64,000 nucleotides of DNA. Source: Clostridia bacterium (GTDB taxonomy: Bacteria; Bacillota; Clostridia; Christensenellales; CAG-314). The notes under the pieces were generated by a model. That model made no database searches, had not been told where the DNA came from, and saw nothing but the letters and a program-made list of their open reading frames with translations. Shown one piece after another: positions 42,455-51,625 of the stretch. Positions within the stretch are counted from its first letter, which is position 1, and every line of letters begins with the position of its first letter. The position numbers and the translations under genes were made by a program. The stretch lies in contig CAAGHL010000060.1 in NCBI GenBank assembly GCA_900769665.1, forward strand, positions 264 through 64,263, read 5' to 3'.

Positions 42455-43789
42455 ATGTTTTCCAATCTACTTTTTATCATCGAAATATTTATCTGCGGAC
42501 ATTTGTTTGCATTTAGATTAAAACATCGAAACAAGTACGCATTGCGTCTTGTTTCCAGTGCGGCGGTTTGTATCGGCGTAGGTGCTTTTCTCGGACTTTT
42601 CTTTGTCGAAAACGTTTTTTACTCGTTTTTTGTTTATATGGCACTTTTTGCCGTGTCGATACTTGCGCTGTGGTTTACTTACGACGAGCCGATAGTTAAT
42701 ATCTTTTTTTGTGGCATTGCGGCGTATACGACTCAACACTTCGCTTACCAATTTGCAAACCTTGTGTTTACACTCGTTATGACAGGGGCAAGTCCTTTGC
42801 TGGGTATTTACCACATTAAGTTTTTCGATATTACCAAGTTGAACGCCAACTTTTTGCTTGTTGCGTCGATTTACGTAATGTGTTACTTTACGATTTACGG
42901 ATTAGTCTACATTATCTTTGGCAGGCGTATCGAAAAACAAGGCGGATTGGAGATAAAAAACAAAAATATTTTGGTGTTGTTGGGCTTTTGCCTTATTCTA
43001 AACATTGTATTAAACTCCGTCATGCTGTATCTTGGTGACCATTTGCCCTTTGTCAACTCGGTGATTTTTTACATATACATCTGTTTGTGTTGTTTTTTGT
43101 TGTTACAGTGGCAATTCGAGCTTAGTTACTCCAAGAGTTTAAGCACGGAGCTCGATTTTGTAAAAAAACTGCTTCAACAGGAAAAAGAACACTACAAATT
43201 GTTTCGCGACAACATACAAATCATCGACATCAAATGTCACGACATGAAACACCAAATTCGTCAAATCGGTATAAACAAGGGTTTGGACAGTGAAACGGTG
43301 GAAGAAATTGAAAAGTCGATTTCCATATACGATTCGGATGTAAAAACCGACAATGAAGCTCTTGACGTGATTCTTGCCGAAAAAAGTCTTAAATGTATAA
43401 AGTATAACATCACTTTCAGTTGTATGGCGGATGGAAAAAGGCTGAATTTCATGAAAGACTCCGACGTATATTCTCTGTTCGGCAATGCGCTAGATAATGC
43501 AATCGAAGCGGTAGTAAAGCTCAAAGACAAATCGCAAAGAGTAATCGGTCTTAAAGTATGCGCAGTAGGGGACATGACGTCGATAAACGTGAAAAACTTT
43601 TACGACGGAAAAATCGAGTTCAACAAGGAGGGTATTCCCGATTCGACCAAACTCGACAAGAGCTTTCACGGATTCGGACTAAAAAGTATAGCCATGATTG
43701 TGGAAAAGTACGGCGGTTCGTTGTCTATCGTGGCGCATGACGAAATATTCAACCTAAATATACTTTTGCCCGGTCAAACGTCAAAATGA
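42455..43789 (+). CDS. AgrC-like (HPK10) GHKL sensor histidine kinase with a 6-7 TM sensor domain
   Basis: Polytopic N-terminal half. H-box region IKCHDMKHQIRQI. N-box LFGNALDNAIEA. G-box GFGLKSIAMIVEKYGG. The start lies 1 nt after the response regulator stop. Confidence 0.88.
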   Translation: MFSNLLFIIEIFICGHLFAFRLKHRNKYALRLVSSAAVCIGVGAFLGLFFVENVFYSFFVYMALFAVSILALWFTYDEPIVNIFFCGIAAYTTQHFAYQFANLVFTLVMTGASPLLGIYHIKFFDITKLNANFLLVASIYVMCYFTIYGLVYIIFGRRIEKQGGLEIKNKNILVLLGFCLILNIVLNSVMLYLGDHLPFVNSVIFYIYICLCCFLLLQWQFELSYSKSLSTELDFVKKLLQQEKEHYKLFRDNIQIIDIKCHDMKHQIRQIGINKGLDSETVEEIEKSISIYDSDVKTDNEALDVILAEKSLKCIKYNITFSCMADGKRLNFMKDSDVYSLFGNALDNAIEAVVKLKDKSQRVIGLKVCAVGDMTSINVKNFYDGKIEFNKEGIPDSTKLDKSFHGFGLKSIAMIVEKYGGSLSIVAHDEIFNLNILLPGQTSK

Positions 43790-43915
43790 TTACGAAAATT
43801 GTACGAAACAATACCACTGGGGCATAATTTGATACGTAACGTGCAAACGCTATTGACAGCGATTGCACGTTTTTTTATACTTAGCTTGCATGCAAAACAA
43901 CTTGGAGGTGACTCG

Positions 43916-44194
43916 ATGGAAAACGAAGAAAAGGCAAATATTCGCAAATCATGGAGGTTGCCGTGGGGCATATTCGCGGCGGTAATTGCAATGATTTGGT
44001 CGTTTGTGACGATAGGTATAATTGCAGGGGTTGTGATGGTAACGACGGGCTTCGGAAAGACGTATTCCATAACAAACGGCTTGTTCGACACGGGCTGGCT
44101 GATAGCTTTGTACGTGGCGGAAGTAGTACTTATTGCAGGCTTTGTAGCGTGTATTATTTTGCGTTGCAAACAAGCAAAAGAGAAACAGGAGTAA
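43916..44194 (+). CDS. Small membrane protein (92 aa, 2 TM)
   Basis: GGAGGTG RBS and two long hydrophobic helices. I recognise no family. Confidence 0.6.
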   Translation: MENEEKANIRKSWRLPWGIFAAVIAMIWSFVTIGIIAGVVMVTTGFGKTYSITNGLFDTGWLIALYVAEVVLIAGFVACIILRCKQAKEKQE

Positions 44195-44201
44195 GAAACA
44201 A

Positions 44202-47200
44202 ATGAAAATTTTTAAAAGATCCGTTTGGGCATGTCTTACCGTGTACCTTGCGATATGGCTGTGTATAGCCATTACCGCGGGAGTAGTGCTTAGCGGTTAC
44301 AGAAAAACCATCAATAATACCTTGGGACTGCGCGGTTACACAACGGTCAACAAGGAAAACAGCGGTGATGAGGATTTGGAATACTACAAATCCGCTTACG
44401 TCAAGAAGGACAGCAACGGCAATCCCTTGACTGTTACCGATGCTAACGGTTACAAACATCAGGTTTACGACGACAAAGCGTTGCGTCAAGCCAATATAGA
44501 AAAAGCCGACGCCGTGCAAAGGGAAGGCGCTACATTGCTTTGGAACAACGATGTCGACGGCAATATCGGCTTACCTCTTGCCGATGGCAACAAGGTAAGT
44601 TTGTTCAGCCATTCCAGCGTCGACTACGCACATACTGCCTCGGTGACATCCTCCGGCAAGGCTTATCTCGGCGGAGTAAGCAATCTCAAACAAGCATCCG
44701 AAAACGCCGGTTTGACGGTAAACCCCACGTTGTGGGATTTCTACAATACGGGCGACGGAAGCTCTTATGTACGTACGGATTTTTCCAAGGTGAACGAGGT
44801 TCCTTGGAACCGCTACACAGATATGGTCAAGCGTAGTTTCTCCAACTACGGCGATGCTGCTGTGGTGGTCATCAGTCGTGTTTGCGGCGAAAGCGGTGCA
44901 ACCGACGCTACGCAACTGTATGCGGACACGATCTCCAAGGACTACTTCGACTTTTCGCAAGAAGAACACGATATGTTTGCCAATATTCTCAAATATAAAG
45001 CAGACGGCGTGTTTAAGAAAGTAATCGTATTACTTAATACCCCCACGGGATTTAACTTCGACGCATTCAAAAACTACCGTGACAAAATCGACAGCTGTAT
45101 TTGGGTTGGTCAAGGCGGTTGGGAAGGCATCAACGAAGTCGGCAGAATTCTCGCCGGAAAGTCAATCCCGAGCGGACACTTGATGGACACCTACGCATAC
45201 AACGGACAATCGGCACCTGCCGCAGTCAATAGTATATTCCAATCCTACGAAAACCTGCGCAAAATGAAGTTGAAGGACATCAACTTCCAAGGAACCTACC
45301 TTGTTTATGCGGAAAACATTTACGTAGGCTACAAATATTACGAAACTCGCTACGAGGACGCCGTACTCGGACAAGGCAACGCAACATCCACAAAAGGAAC
45401 GGTCAATTCGACTGACGGGTGGGTGTACGGCGAAGAAGTTGCATTCCCGTTCGGTTACGGTGCGGCATATACTACGTTTGCTTATGAAAACTTCTCTGCC
45501 AAAAAACAATCCGACGGCAGTTGGAAAGTTACGCTTACCGTAAGAAATACAGGTGGCGTTGCCGGACAAGACGCAGTACAAGTGTACGTGCAAAAGCCCT
45601 ATACCGATTACGACAAACAATACGGTTTGGAGCAAGCTTCCGTAAACTTGTGCGGATATGCCAAAACAGGTATGATCGCTCCCGGCGATACGGAAAAGGT
45701 GGAAATTACCGTTTCTGCTGACTCGTTCCGCACGTATGACGACGAAAAACAAAAGACTTACATCTTTGAAAAGGGTACCTACTACATCACGGCGGCACAA
45801 GACGCGCACGAAGCGGTAAACAATATCCTTGCCGCCAAGGGCAAAACTCCTGCCAATACCGACGGGGTAATGGATGCGGAAGGCAATCAAAAGTTGGTCG
45901 AATCGTTTGTGAACTCGGCAAATGACTTTGAAAAGTACTCTAAGTCGGCAAACGGCACAAAGATAACCAACCAATTCGAAACCACCGACTGGAACAAGTA
46001 TCCCAACAGAAACGAAGGTGAAACGGTAGTGTATTTGTCCAGAAACGATTGGGAAAGCACATATCCTACAAAAAAACAATTCCGTTTCACTTTGACTAAC
46101 GCAATGGTGGAGGAACTCGGCGGAAACAATACAACCAGCGAGTGGAACCACACCGTCGAAGTTAAGCCCGGAGACGAAATGCCGACGTACGGCGCAACAA
46201 ACGACTTGAAGTTTGTCGATATGAAGGGACTTTCCTACGATGATCCTGCTTGGAACGATTTGTTGGACAAAATGACGTTGTTGGAACAATCCACGCTGTG
46301 CGCGACGGCGTTTTGGGGTACTGCGGCGATAGAAAGCATCAGCAAACCCGAAGATAAAACTGCCGACGGACCGATGGGCATACGTTACAAAATGACGTCA
46401 AGCGACACCCGCACGATGTCGTTCCCCGCCAACAGTTTGCTTGCCGCAACGTTTAACGACAAATTGGCTTACGACGTTGCTGCCGGTATGGGCGAAGATA
46501 TGTTGCATTCCGACTGTGAAAGTATGTACGGTACTGCGCCTAACCTTCACCGCTCGTTGTACGGCGGTAGAGCGTTTGAGTACTATTCCGAGGACGGTTT
46601 CCTGTCCGGTATGATGTGTAATCAACAAACGAAGGGCATGCAAGATAAAGGCGTATACGTAGTTATCAAGCACCTTGCCTTAAACGATCAGGAAACAAAC
46701 CGTCACGGTGTAGGTATTTGGGCAAACGAACAATCCATACGTGAAGTGTATCTCGAAGCATTTCGTCCTTCCGTAGAAGACGGCAACGCTCGTTCGATGA
46801 TGTCGTCGTTCACTCGTTTCGGCACTGTGTGGAGCGGTGCTTACGGCAATCTGAACAATCAGGTGCTTCGCGGCGAGTGGGGCTTTGACGGATATGTAAT
46901 CAGCGACTGCAGTTGGCGTGCTTACATGGGTATTATCGACGGACTTATGGGCGGAAACGATTGTATTTTGATGGAATTGGCTGCCGATTCGTACGTGCCG
47001 TATGCCGAAAACAATGCAACCGTCGCACTCGCCTTGCGTGAGGCAGTACACAGAATCTTGTATGTTACCGTCAATACGAGTGCGGTAAACGGCATCGGTT
47101 CCAATACGGAAATCGTACAAGTAAAGACTTGGTGGGAAAATGCGCTCGATATCTTCCTTACCGTCACGATTGTCCTTACGTCTTGCTCCGCAGCTATGCT

Positions 47201-47246
47201 CGTGACGTCCATAGTGATACACGCAAAGGGCAAGAAAAACAGTTAA
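44202..47246 (+). CDS. GH3 glycoside hydrolase (beta-glucosidase/xylosidase type) with N- and C-terminal TM helices and permuted-looking domain order
   Basis: PFGYGAAYTTFAYENFS (GH3 C-terminal/Fn3-like junction) lies upstream of the catalytic-domain motifs KHLALNDQETNR and GFDGYVISDC (nucleophile Asp). Hydrophobic helices occur at both termini. Confidence 0.82.
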   Translation: MKIFKRSVWACLTVYLAIWLCIAITAGVVLSGYRKTINNTLGLRGYTTVNKENSGDEDLEYYKSAYVKKDSNGNPLTVTDANGYKHQVYDDKALRQANIEKADAVQREGATLLWNNDVDGNIGLPLADGNKVSLFSHSSVDYAHTASVTSSGKAYLGGVSNLKQASENAGLTVNPTLWDFYNTGDGSSYVRTDFSKVNEVPWNRYTDMVKRSFSNYGDAAVVVISRVCGESGATDATQLYADTISKDYFDFSQEEHDMFANILKYKADGVFKKVIVLLNTPTGFNFDAFKNYRDKIDSCIWVGQGGWEGINEVGRILAGKSIPSGHLMDTYAYNGQSAPAAVNSIFQSYENLRKMKLKDINFQGTYLVYAENIYVGYKYYETRYEDAVLGQGNATSTKGTVNSTDGWVYGEEVAFPFGYGAAYTTFAYENFSAKKQSDGSWKVTLTVRNTGGVAGQDAVQVYVQKPYTDYDKQYGLEQASVNLCGYAKTGMIAPGDTEKVEITVSADSFRTYDDEKQKTYIFEKGTYYITAAQDAHEAVNNILAAKGKTPANTDGVMDAEGNQKLVESFVNSANDFEKYSKSANGTKITNQFETTDWNKYPNRNEGETVVYLSRNDWESTYPTKKQFRFTLTNAMVEELGGNNTTSEWNHTVEVKPGDEMPTYGATNDLKFVDMKGLSYDDPAWNDLLDKMTLLEQSTLCATAFWGTAAIESISKPEDKTADGPMGIRYKMTSSDTRTMSFPANSLLAATFNDKLAYDVAAGMGEDMLHSDCESMYGTAPNLHRSLYGGRAFEYYSEDGFLSGMMCNQQTKGMQDKGVYVVIKHLALNDQETNRHGVGIWANEQSIREVYLEAFRPSVEDGNARSMMSSFTRFGTVWSGAYGNLNNQVLRGEWGFDGYVISDCSWRAYMGIIDGLMGGNDCILMELAADSYVPYAENNATVALALREAVHRILYVTVNTSAVNGIGSNTEIVQVKTWWENALDIFLTVTIVLTSCSAAMLVTSIVIHAKGKKNS

Positions 47247-47322
47247 TTATTTCGCTATGCCGTTTGAGTTTGTCAACGAAGCGCAAACGGCTACGCGTAA
47301 AAAAAATCAAAGGAGAAACAAA

Positions 47323-49329
47323 ATGAAAACTAAAATCATGAAGCTTGTTTTGGCCGTGATTATGGTCGTTTGTCTGTCGGCAGCAGTGCTTGTTGCATGC
47401 AACGAAAAGCACGTTTGTCAACACGTTTGCCCCGAATGTGGCAAATGCTTGTCCGATTGTGACAATGAGGTGTGTAAGGACAAGTGCAAAGGACATGACA
47501 ATCCGAAGCCCGATCCGAAGCCGTCCGAGAACGACAAAGTTATTCCCGAAGGCGCAACGCTCGGAGCATGCACTTGTGAAAACGGCACCGTCTGGCAGCC
47601 TGAAGAAGTTGCTGTAAGAATTATCCCCACCGAAAACGATGCCGGTATTGTAGGCTCCGTTTGTAAAAAGTGTGGCTACTCGGCATACTACTGGGATATC
47701 CCTGCGTTTAAGGACGGCGGTTACACCAAAAACGTTGTTACCGAAGCAGGCGAAAGCACGTTCGGCTCCGCCGAGTACTCCATCGAAGTAGGCGGCAAAA
47801 CATTCACGTTTACTTCCGCCCTTTATCCTACGGGAAAAACCTACACTCACCGCGAAGAGTGCGAAAGCATGGACTTGGTTGGTTGCCGCATTTCTTCCGA
47901 AGCCGGCGCAAACAATCCGTCCAACGGCGCATATGCCGGCGGTATGTCTTGGTCGGCCGGAAGATCCGTCAGTTACACGTTTGCGGCAAATACTCGCGGA
48001 CAAGCATTGTTGTACATCGGCTGGGCAAACAGCTACGATAGTTACATAGGGAAGGGCAAAGAACAATTGCGCTTGACAGTGAACGGAGTCGACCTCGAAC
48101 CGGGAACAAGATTTATCTCCAACTACGACAAAGATTTGCGCTATTTCGAGTGGACGCGCTACGAAATATGTGTAATTGACATCGTCGACGATATCAATAC
48201 CATTACCCTTACAAACGTTGACGGTGCTCCTGCTTCCAACTTGGACTACTTTGACCTTATTTCTACGGTGGAAATTCTTCCCAAAAACCAAGCTCACGTT
48301 TGTTCGGAACAATGCCCGCAATGCGGATTGTGTTTGAACCCCGACTGCACAAAGAAAGCTTGCGCCAACAAGTGCCAAGGTCACGAAAACACCAAGCACG
48401 ACGGTTGGTGGACGGAAGCCGCAATGGAAGTGGCTGACGACTTCATACCGCAATCAGTAACGTTGCAACCCGACGCACTGTACAACGCCGCAGTCGAAGC
48501 GCTTGTCGATGACAACAACGGCAAGGGTTTGGACTTGGCAAAGACGCCTGTCGGTACAAAAATCGGCTACTATTTGACCGCAACAAGCGATTTGGACGCA
48601 ATCTTCAAACTGTACTTTACGCCTAAGACGGCATTGGCAGAGGGCGGCACCTACAACCTTGCCGAGTATGTCAAGATTACCGTCGGCGGCACGGAAATTA
48701 CAAGCTACGCACACAGCGCAAACTGGACGGGTAGCGGCTACGTTGCACTCGGCGACGCAACCAAACAATACAAACTTGCCGTCGGACAGGAGTTGGCGGT
48801 TGTCATTGAAGTACTCAAGAGCGACGACGATGCGCCCGTGTTTAACGAGTTTACGTTTAGCAAGTACGTGTACGGACACACCTTTATGTGGTCGGATACG
48901 CAGTTGGAACTTGGAGGTAGATCAAAAGTCAACGCCAAGGAAGAGTGCGTCGGTATGGTGTTCGGGTATGAAAACTCCATCACCATCAAGTTTATGGTAA
49001 ACAAGGCAGTCAAGGGCGCAAAGTTGTACATCACTACGTCATCCAACACGGACGAGCACTCCATAAACGACGCATACGGCATGACTTTGAACGGCGTTGC
49101 AATCGACAGCCAAAACAATATGCCCATCGGCAAGAGATACTTTGATTACACCGAAAGCTTCGTTGCCGAGGTAGACCTTGTTGAGGGACTAAATACCATC
49201 GTCATCAACGCCAATTGGACAGGCGACAAGAACAAGAACACGTGGGTGTACAACTTCAGACAACTTGCCTTGCGCGATATTGCCACCGACGTTGAAATCA
49301 CTTACGCCGAAACAACGGAAAACGCGTAA
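47323..49329 (+). CDS. Surface lipoprotein with two Cys-knot motifs and CBM-like beta-sandwich modules
   Basis: Lipobox LVAC. HVCQHVCPECGKCLSDCDNEVCKDKCKGH and HVCSEQCPQCGLCLNPDCTKKACANKCQGHE. Galactose-binding/CBM6-35-like segments (HREECESMDL..., LDYFDL). AAAGGAG RBS. Confidence 0.75.
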   Translation: MKTKIMKLVLAVIMVVCLSAAVLVACNEKHVCQHVCPECGKCLSDCDNEVCKDKCKGHDNPKPDPKPSENDKVIPEGATLGACTCENGTVWQPEEVAVRIIPTENDAGIVGSVCKKCGYSAYYWDIPAFKDGGYTKNVVTEAGESTFGSAEYSIEVGGKTFTFTSALYPTGKTYTHREECESMDLVGCRISSEAGANNPSNGAYAGGMSWSAGRSVSYTFAANTRGQALLYIGWANSYDSYIGKGKEQLRLTVNGVDLEPGTRFISNYDKDLRYFEWTRYEICVIDIVDDINTITLTNVDGAPASNLDYFDLISTVEILPKNQAHVCSEQCPQCGLCLNPDCTKKACANKCQGHENTKHDGWWTEAAMEVADDFIPQSVTLQPDALYNAAVEALVDDNNGKGLDLAKTPVGTKIGYYLTATSDLDAIFKLYFTPKTALAEGGTYNLAEYVKITVGGTEITSYAHSANWTGSGYVALGDATKQYKLAVGQELAVVIEVLKSDDDAPVFNEFTFSKYVYGHTFMWSDTQLELGGRSKVNAKEECVGMVFGYENSITIKFMVNKAVKGAKLYITTSSNTDEHSINDAYGMTLNGVAIDSQNNMPIGKRYFDYTESFVAEVDLVEGLNTIVINANWTGDKNKNTWVYNFRQLALRDIATDVEITYAETTENA

Positions 49330-49453
49330 TGAGTATTTGGATTTAGCGTTTGATCGTTCGTCAATCGACACCGAAAGTTGCCGTTGACGACAAAGAAAAT
49401 TGCTAACGTATGTAAAAATCCGTAACCGGCAACCCTATATATTAAAGGTAAGG

Positions 49454-49490
49454 AGTGTTGTCGACCTTTTGTCGGCAACACTTTCTTTTA
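49454..49490 (+). terminator. Intrinsic terminator of the GH3/lipoprotein operon
   Basis: AGTGTTGTCGAC-CTTTT-GTCGGCAACACT hairpin followed by TTCTTTTATT. Confidence 0.85.
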
Positions 49491-49588
49491 TTAAATGATA
49501 TGGAGTGCATTTCAATGCCAAACTAACCATTGCCACACTCGCAAAAATGATTGATTGCAACGGAGCATACGAAAAATTCGTTTTGGGG

Positions 49589-49617
49589 TTGACTTTGTGT
49601 CTAAACTGGGATATAAT
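49589..49617 (+). promoter_or_regulatory. Sigma-A promoter of rubrerythrin
   Basis: TTGACT, a 17-nt spacer, then TATAAT. It would give a leader of about 125 nt. Confidence 0.7.
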
Positions 49618-49751
49618 TGTGGCGACAAAGGGAATAATGGTAGTGTGGGCGTTGCGTTGTCGACTAGGCTTGACGGCAAAGTGGCGGCTTGCTTGTATTT
49701 GCAGTTGCGGCGCCGACTTACTAAAAATACCCTGTCAAGGAGAAATTTGCT

Positions 49752-50300
49752 ATGGACAAGAAAACCAATAAATATGCAGGTACGCAAACGGAGCAAAATC
49801 TTCACGCCGCATTCTCGGGCGAGTCGCAAGCACGCAACAAGTACACGTTTTTTGCTTCCGTTGCCAAAAAGGAAGGCTACGAACAAATTGCTTCGCTGTT
49901 TTTGAAGACAGCGGAAAACGAGCGCGAACACGCCAAAATGTGGTTTAAGGAACTTAGCGGTATCGGCACGACAGCCGAAAACTTGCTTGCCGCGGCAGAG
50001 GGCGAAAACTACGAGTGGACGGACATGTACGAGGAGTTTGCCAAGACCGCCGAGGAAGAAGGCTTCCCCGAGTTGGCACGCAAATTCCGCTTGGTCGGCG
50101 CAATCGAAAAGCACCACGAGGAGCGTTACCGCGCACTGTTGCACAACGTGGAAACTGCCGAAGTGTTTGCCAAGAGCGAAGTAAAAGTGTGGGAATGCCG
50201 CAACTGCGGACATATTGTAATCGGCGTAAAAGCGCCTGAAGTTTGCCCGACATGCAACCATCCGCAAAGCTACTTCGAGGTACATGCCGAAAACTACTAA
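49752..50300 (+). CDS. rbr: Rubrerythrin
   Basis: Diiron four-helix motifs ([33 protein letters not shown]) and a C-terminal rubredoxin-like CRNCG...CPTC. Confidence 0.95.
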   Translation: MDKKTNKYAGTQTEQNLHAAFSGESQARNKYTFFASVAKKEGYEQIASLFLKTAENEREHAKMWFKELSGIGTTAENLLAAAEGENYEWTDMYEEFAKTAEEEGFPELARKFRLVGAIEKHHEERYRALLHNVETAEVFAKSEVKVWECRNCGHIVIGVKAPEVCPTCNHPQSYFEVHAENY

Positions 50301-50370
50301 GTCGGCGCTTGCGTAACGAAAAAATCAATACGTATATGAATTTTTACTACATTTAATGCCCAAAACAGCA

Positions 50371-50403
50371 AAAATGTCCGCACAAAAGTACGGACATTTT
50401 TTG
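50371..50403. terminator. Bidirectional intrinsic terminator between rubrerythrin (+) and AraC (-)
   Basis: ATGTCCG-CACAAAAGTA-CGGACAT hairpin flanked by A4 on the left and T6 on the right. Confidence 0.85.
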
Positions 50404-50439
50404 TTTGTGTAGTGGTGCAATGCAATCTTTGCTTGCTGT

Positions 50440-51321
50440 CTAATCGGCAGTGGACGGCTTGCCTGCGGTGCGTTTGCCGCTGTGGCGGTACTCCGTCGGG
50501 GTCATGCCCGTTTCCTTCCTAAATTGTCGCATAAACAGGTGTTCGTCCTCGTATCCGGTAAAGCACGCCACGTCCTTTACCGAGCAATTGCTGGATATGA
50601 GTATGGACTTGGCAAAATCTATCTTGCTTTGTGTGATGTATCTTTTGGGGCTAACCCCCAACTCCTTTTTGAACAAATACGTCAAATATTTTTCGTGGCA
50701 CATGCACGCTTCGGCAACGTCGGCGACGGTTATCGGGTCGCAACGGTTGTCGCGTATGTATACAAGCGCCGTTTGCAGTTTGCGGCTGTGGCGGGCGGCT
50801 TCGGGCAACAGTTTGCGCACAAGTTGTTTGGTCAACTCCAACATCAGCGACGTTACGGTGTAGTCGCCCTCCGTTTGGTTGTGTTCGGTGCGCCAAGTGG
50901 CAAACAAGTCGCCGCATTGCATAAAAAATCGTTGTCTATCGGCAAGCGGAAAGTACTGCGGTACGACGATTTTGTTTGCCAAAAAGTCCGTGCTGTTGGT
51001 CAACGCCTCGGCTAGTTGCGGCATGGTCAGCACAACGGGGTCGGCTTCGGTGGTAAAGTGCAACCAGTAAAACTCCACGTAGTTTGGTTCCGTGCCGTAT
51101 TGTATCACGTGCGGCAGGTGGAAGAACACGTCGCCTTGGTTGCCTACAAAGTCGTAGTCGCCCTGTTTCATTGCCAATTTGCCGCTTTTTATCACAAACA
51201 ACTCGTAGTCGGGCATTATGCGGCGCGTATGCACGTAGTCTTGGTCGCCAGTGTGGTCGCCGATGTTGACAAAGTGTAGCGGTTTGCTTACGTCAAAGAC
51301 GTAGTATTTGTCGGGTTGCAT
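50440..51321 (-). CDS. AraC-family transcriptional regulator (cupin sensor + HTH)
   Basis: C-terminal HTH_AraC (VKDVACFTGYEDEHLFMRQFRKETGMTPTEYR). It is divergent from the GH127-like gene. Confidence 0.88.
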   Translation of the reverse strand: MQPDKYYVFDVSKPLHFVNIGDHTGDQDYVHTRRIMPDYELFVIKSGKLAMKQGDYDFVGNQGDVFFHLPHVIQYGTEPNYVEFYWLHFTTEADPVVLTMPQLAEALTNSTDFLANKIVVPQYFPLADRQRFFMQCGDLFATWRTEHNQTEGDYTVTSLMLELTKQLVRKLLPEAARHSRKLQTALVYIRDNRCDPITVADVAEACMCHEKYLTYLFKKELGVSPKRYITQSKIDFAKSILISSNCSVKDVACFTGYEDEHLFMRQFRKETGMTPTEYRHSGKRTAGKPSTAD

Positions 51322-51625
51322 TGTTCCTCCTAGGTGCGTCGCATACGATCTTACTTTTATCCACCATATTTTACCTTTTGGTATTTATTTTGTCAATAGG
51401 CTTACGATATAATTTCACTTGTAAGGTGTGGCAATACGCCGCATTGCTAACCGATACGGGCGGTTTCGACGTTTTGTAAAAGAGATGTTTGCCCGTACGT
51501 ATACATTTAAGACATTACGCAACTACACAAAATAGTATTGTGTTTTCGTTTGTCGTCGCACGCATGTTGGCACTCCGACGTGAGGAAAATCGGTAACGGC
51601 GGCGGAAACCCAATAGAAGGAGAGA

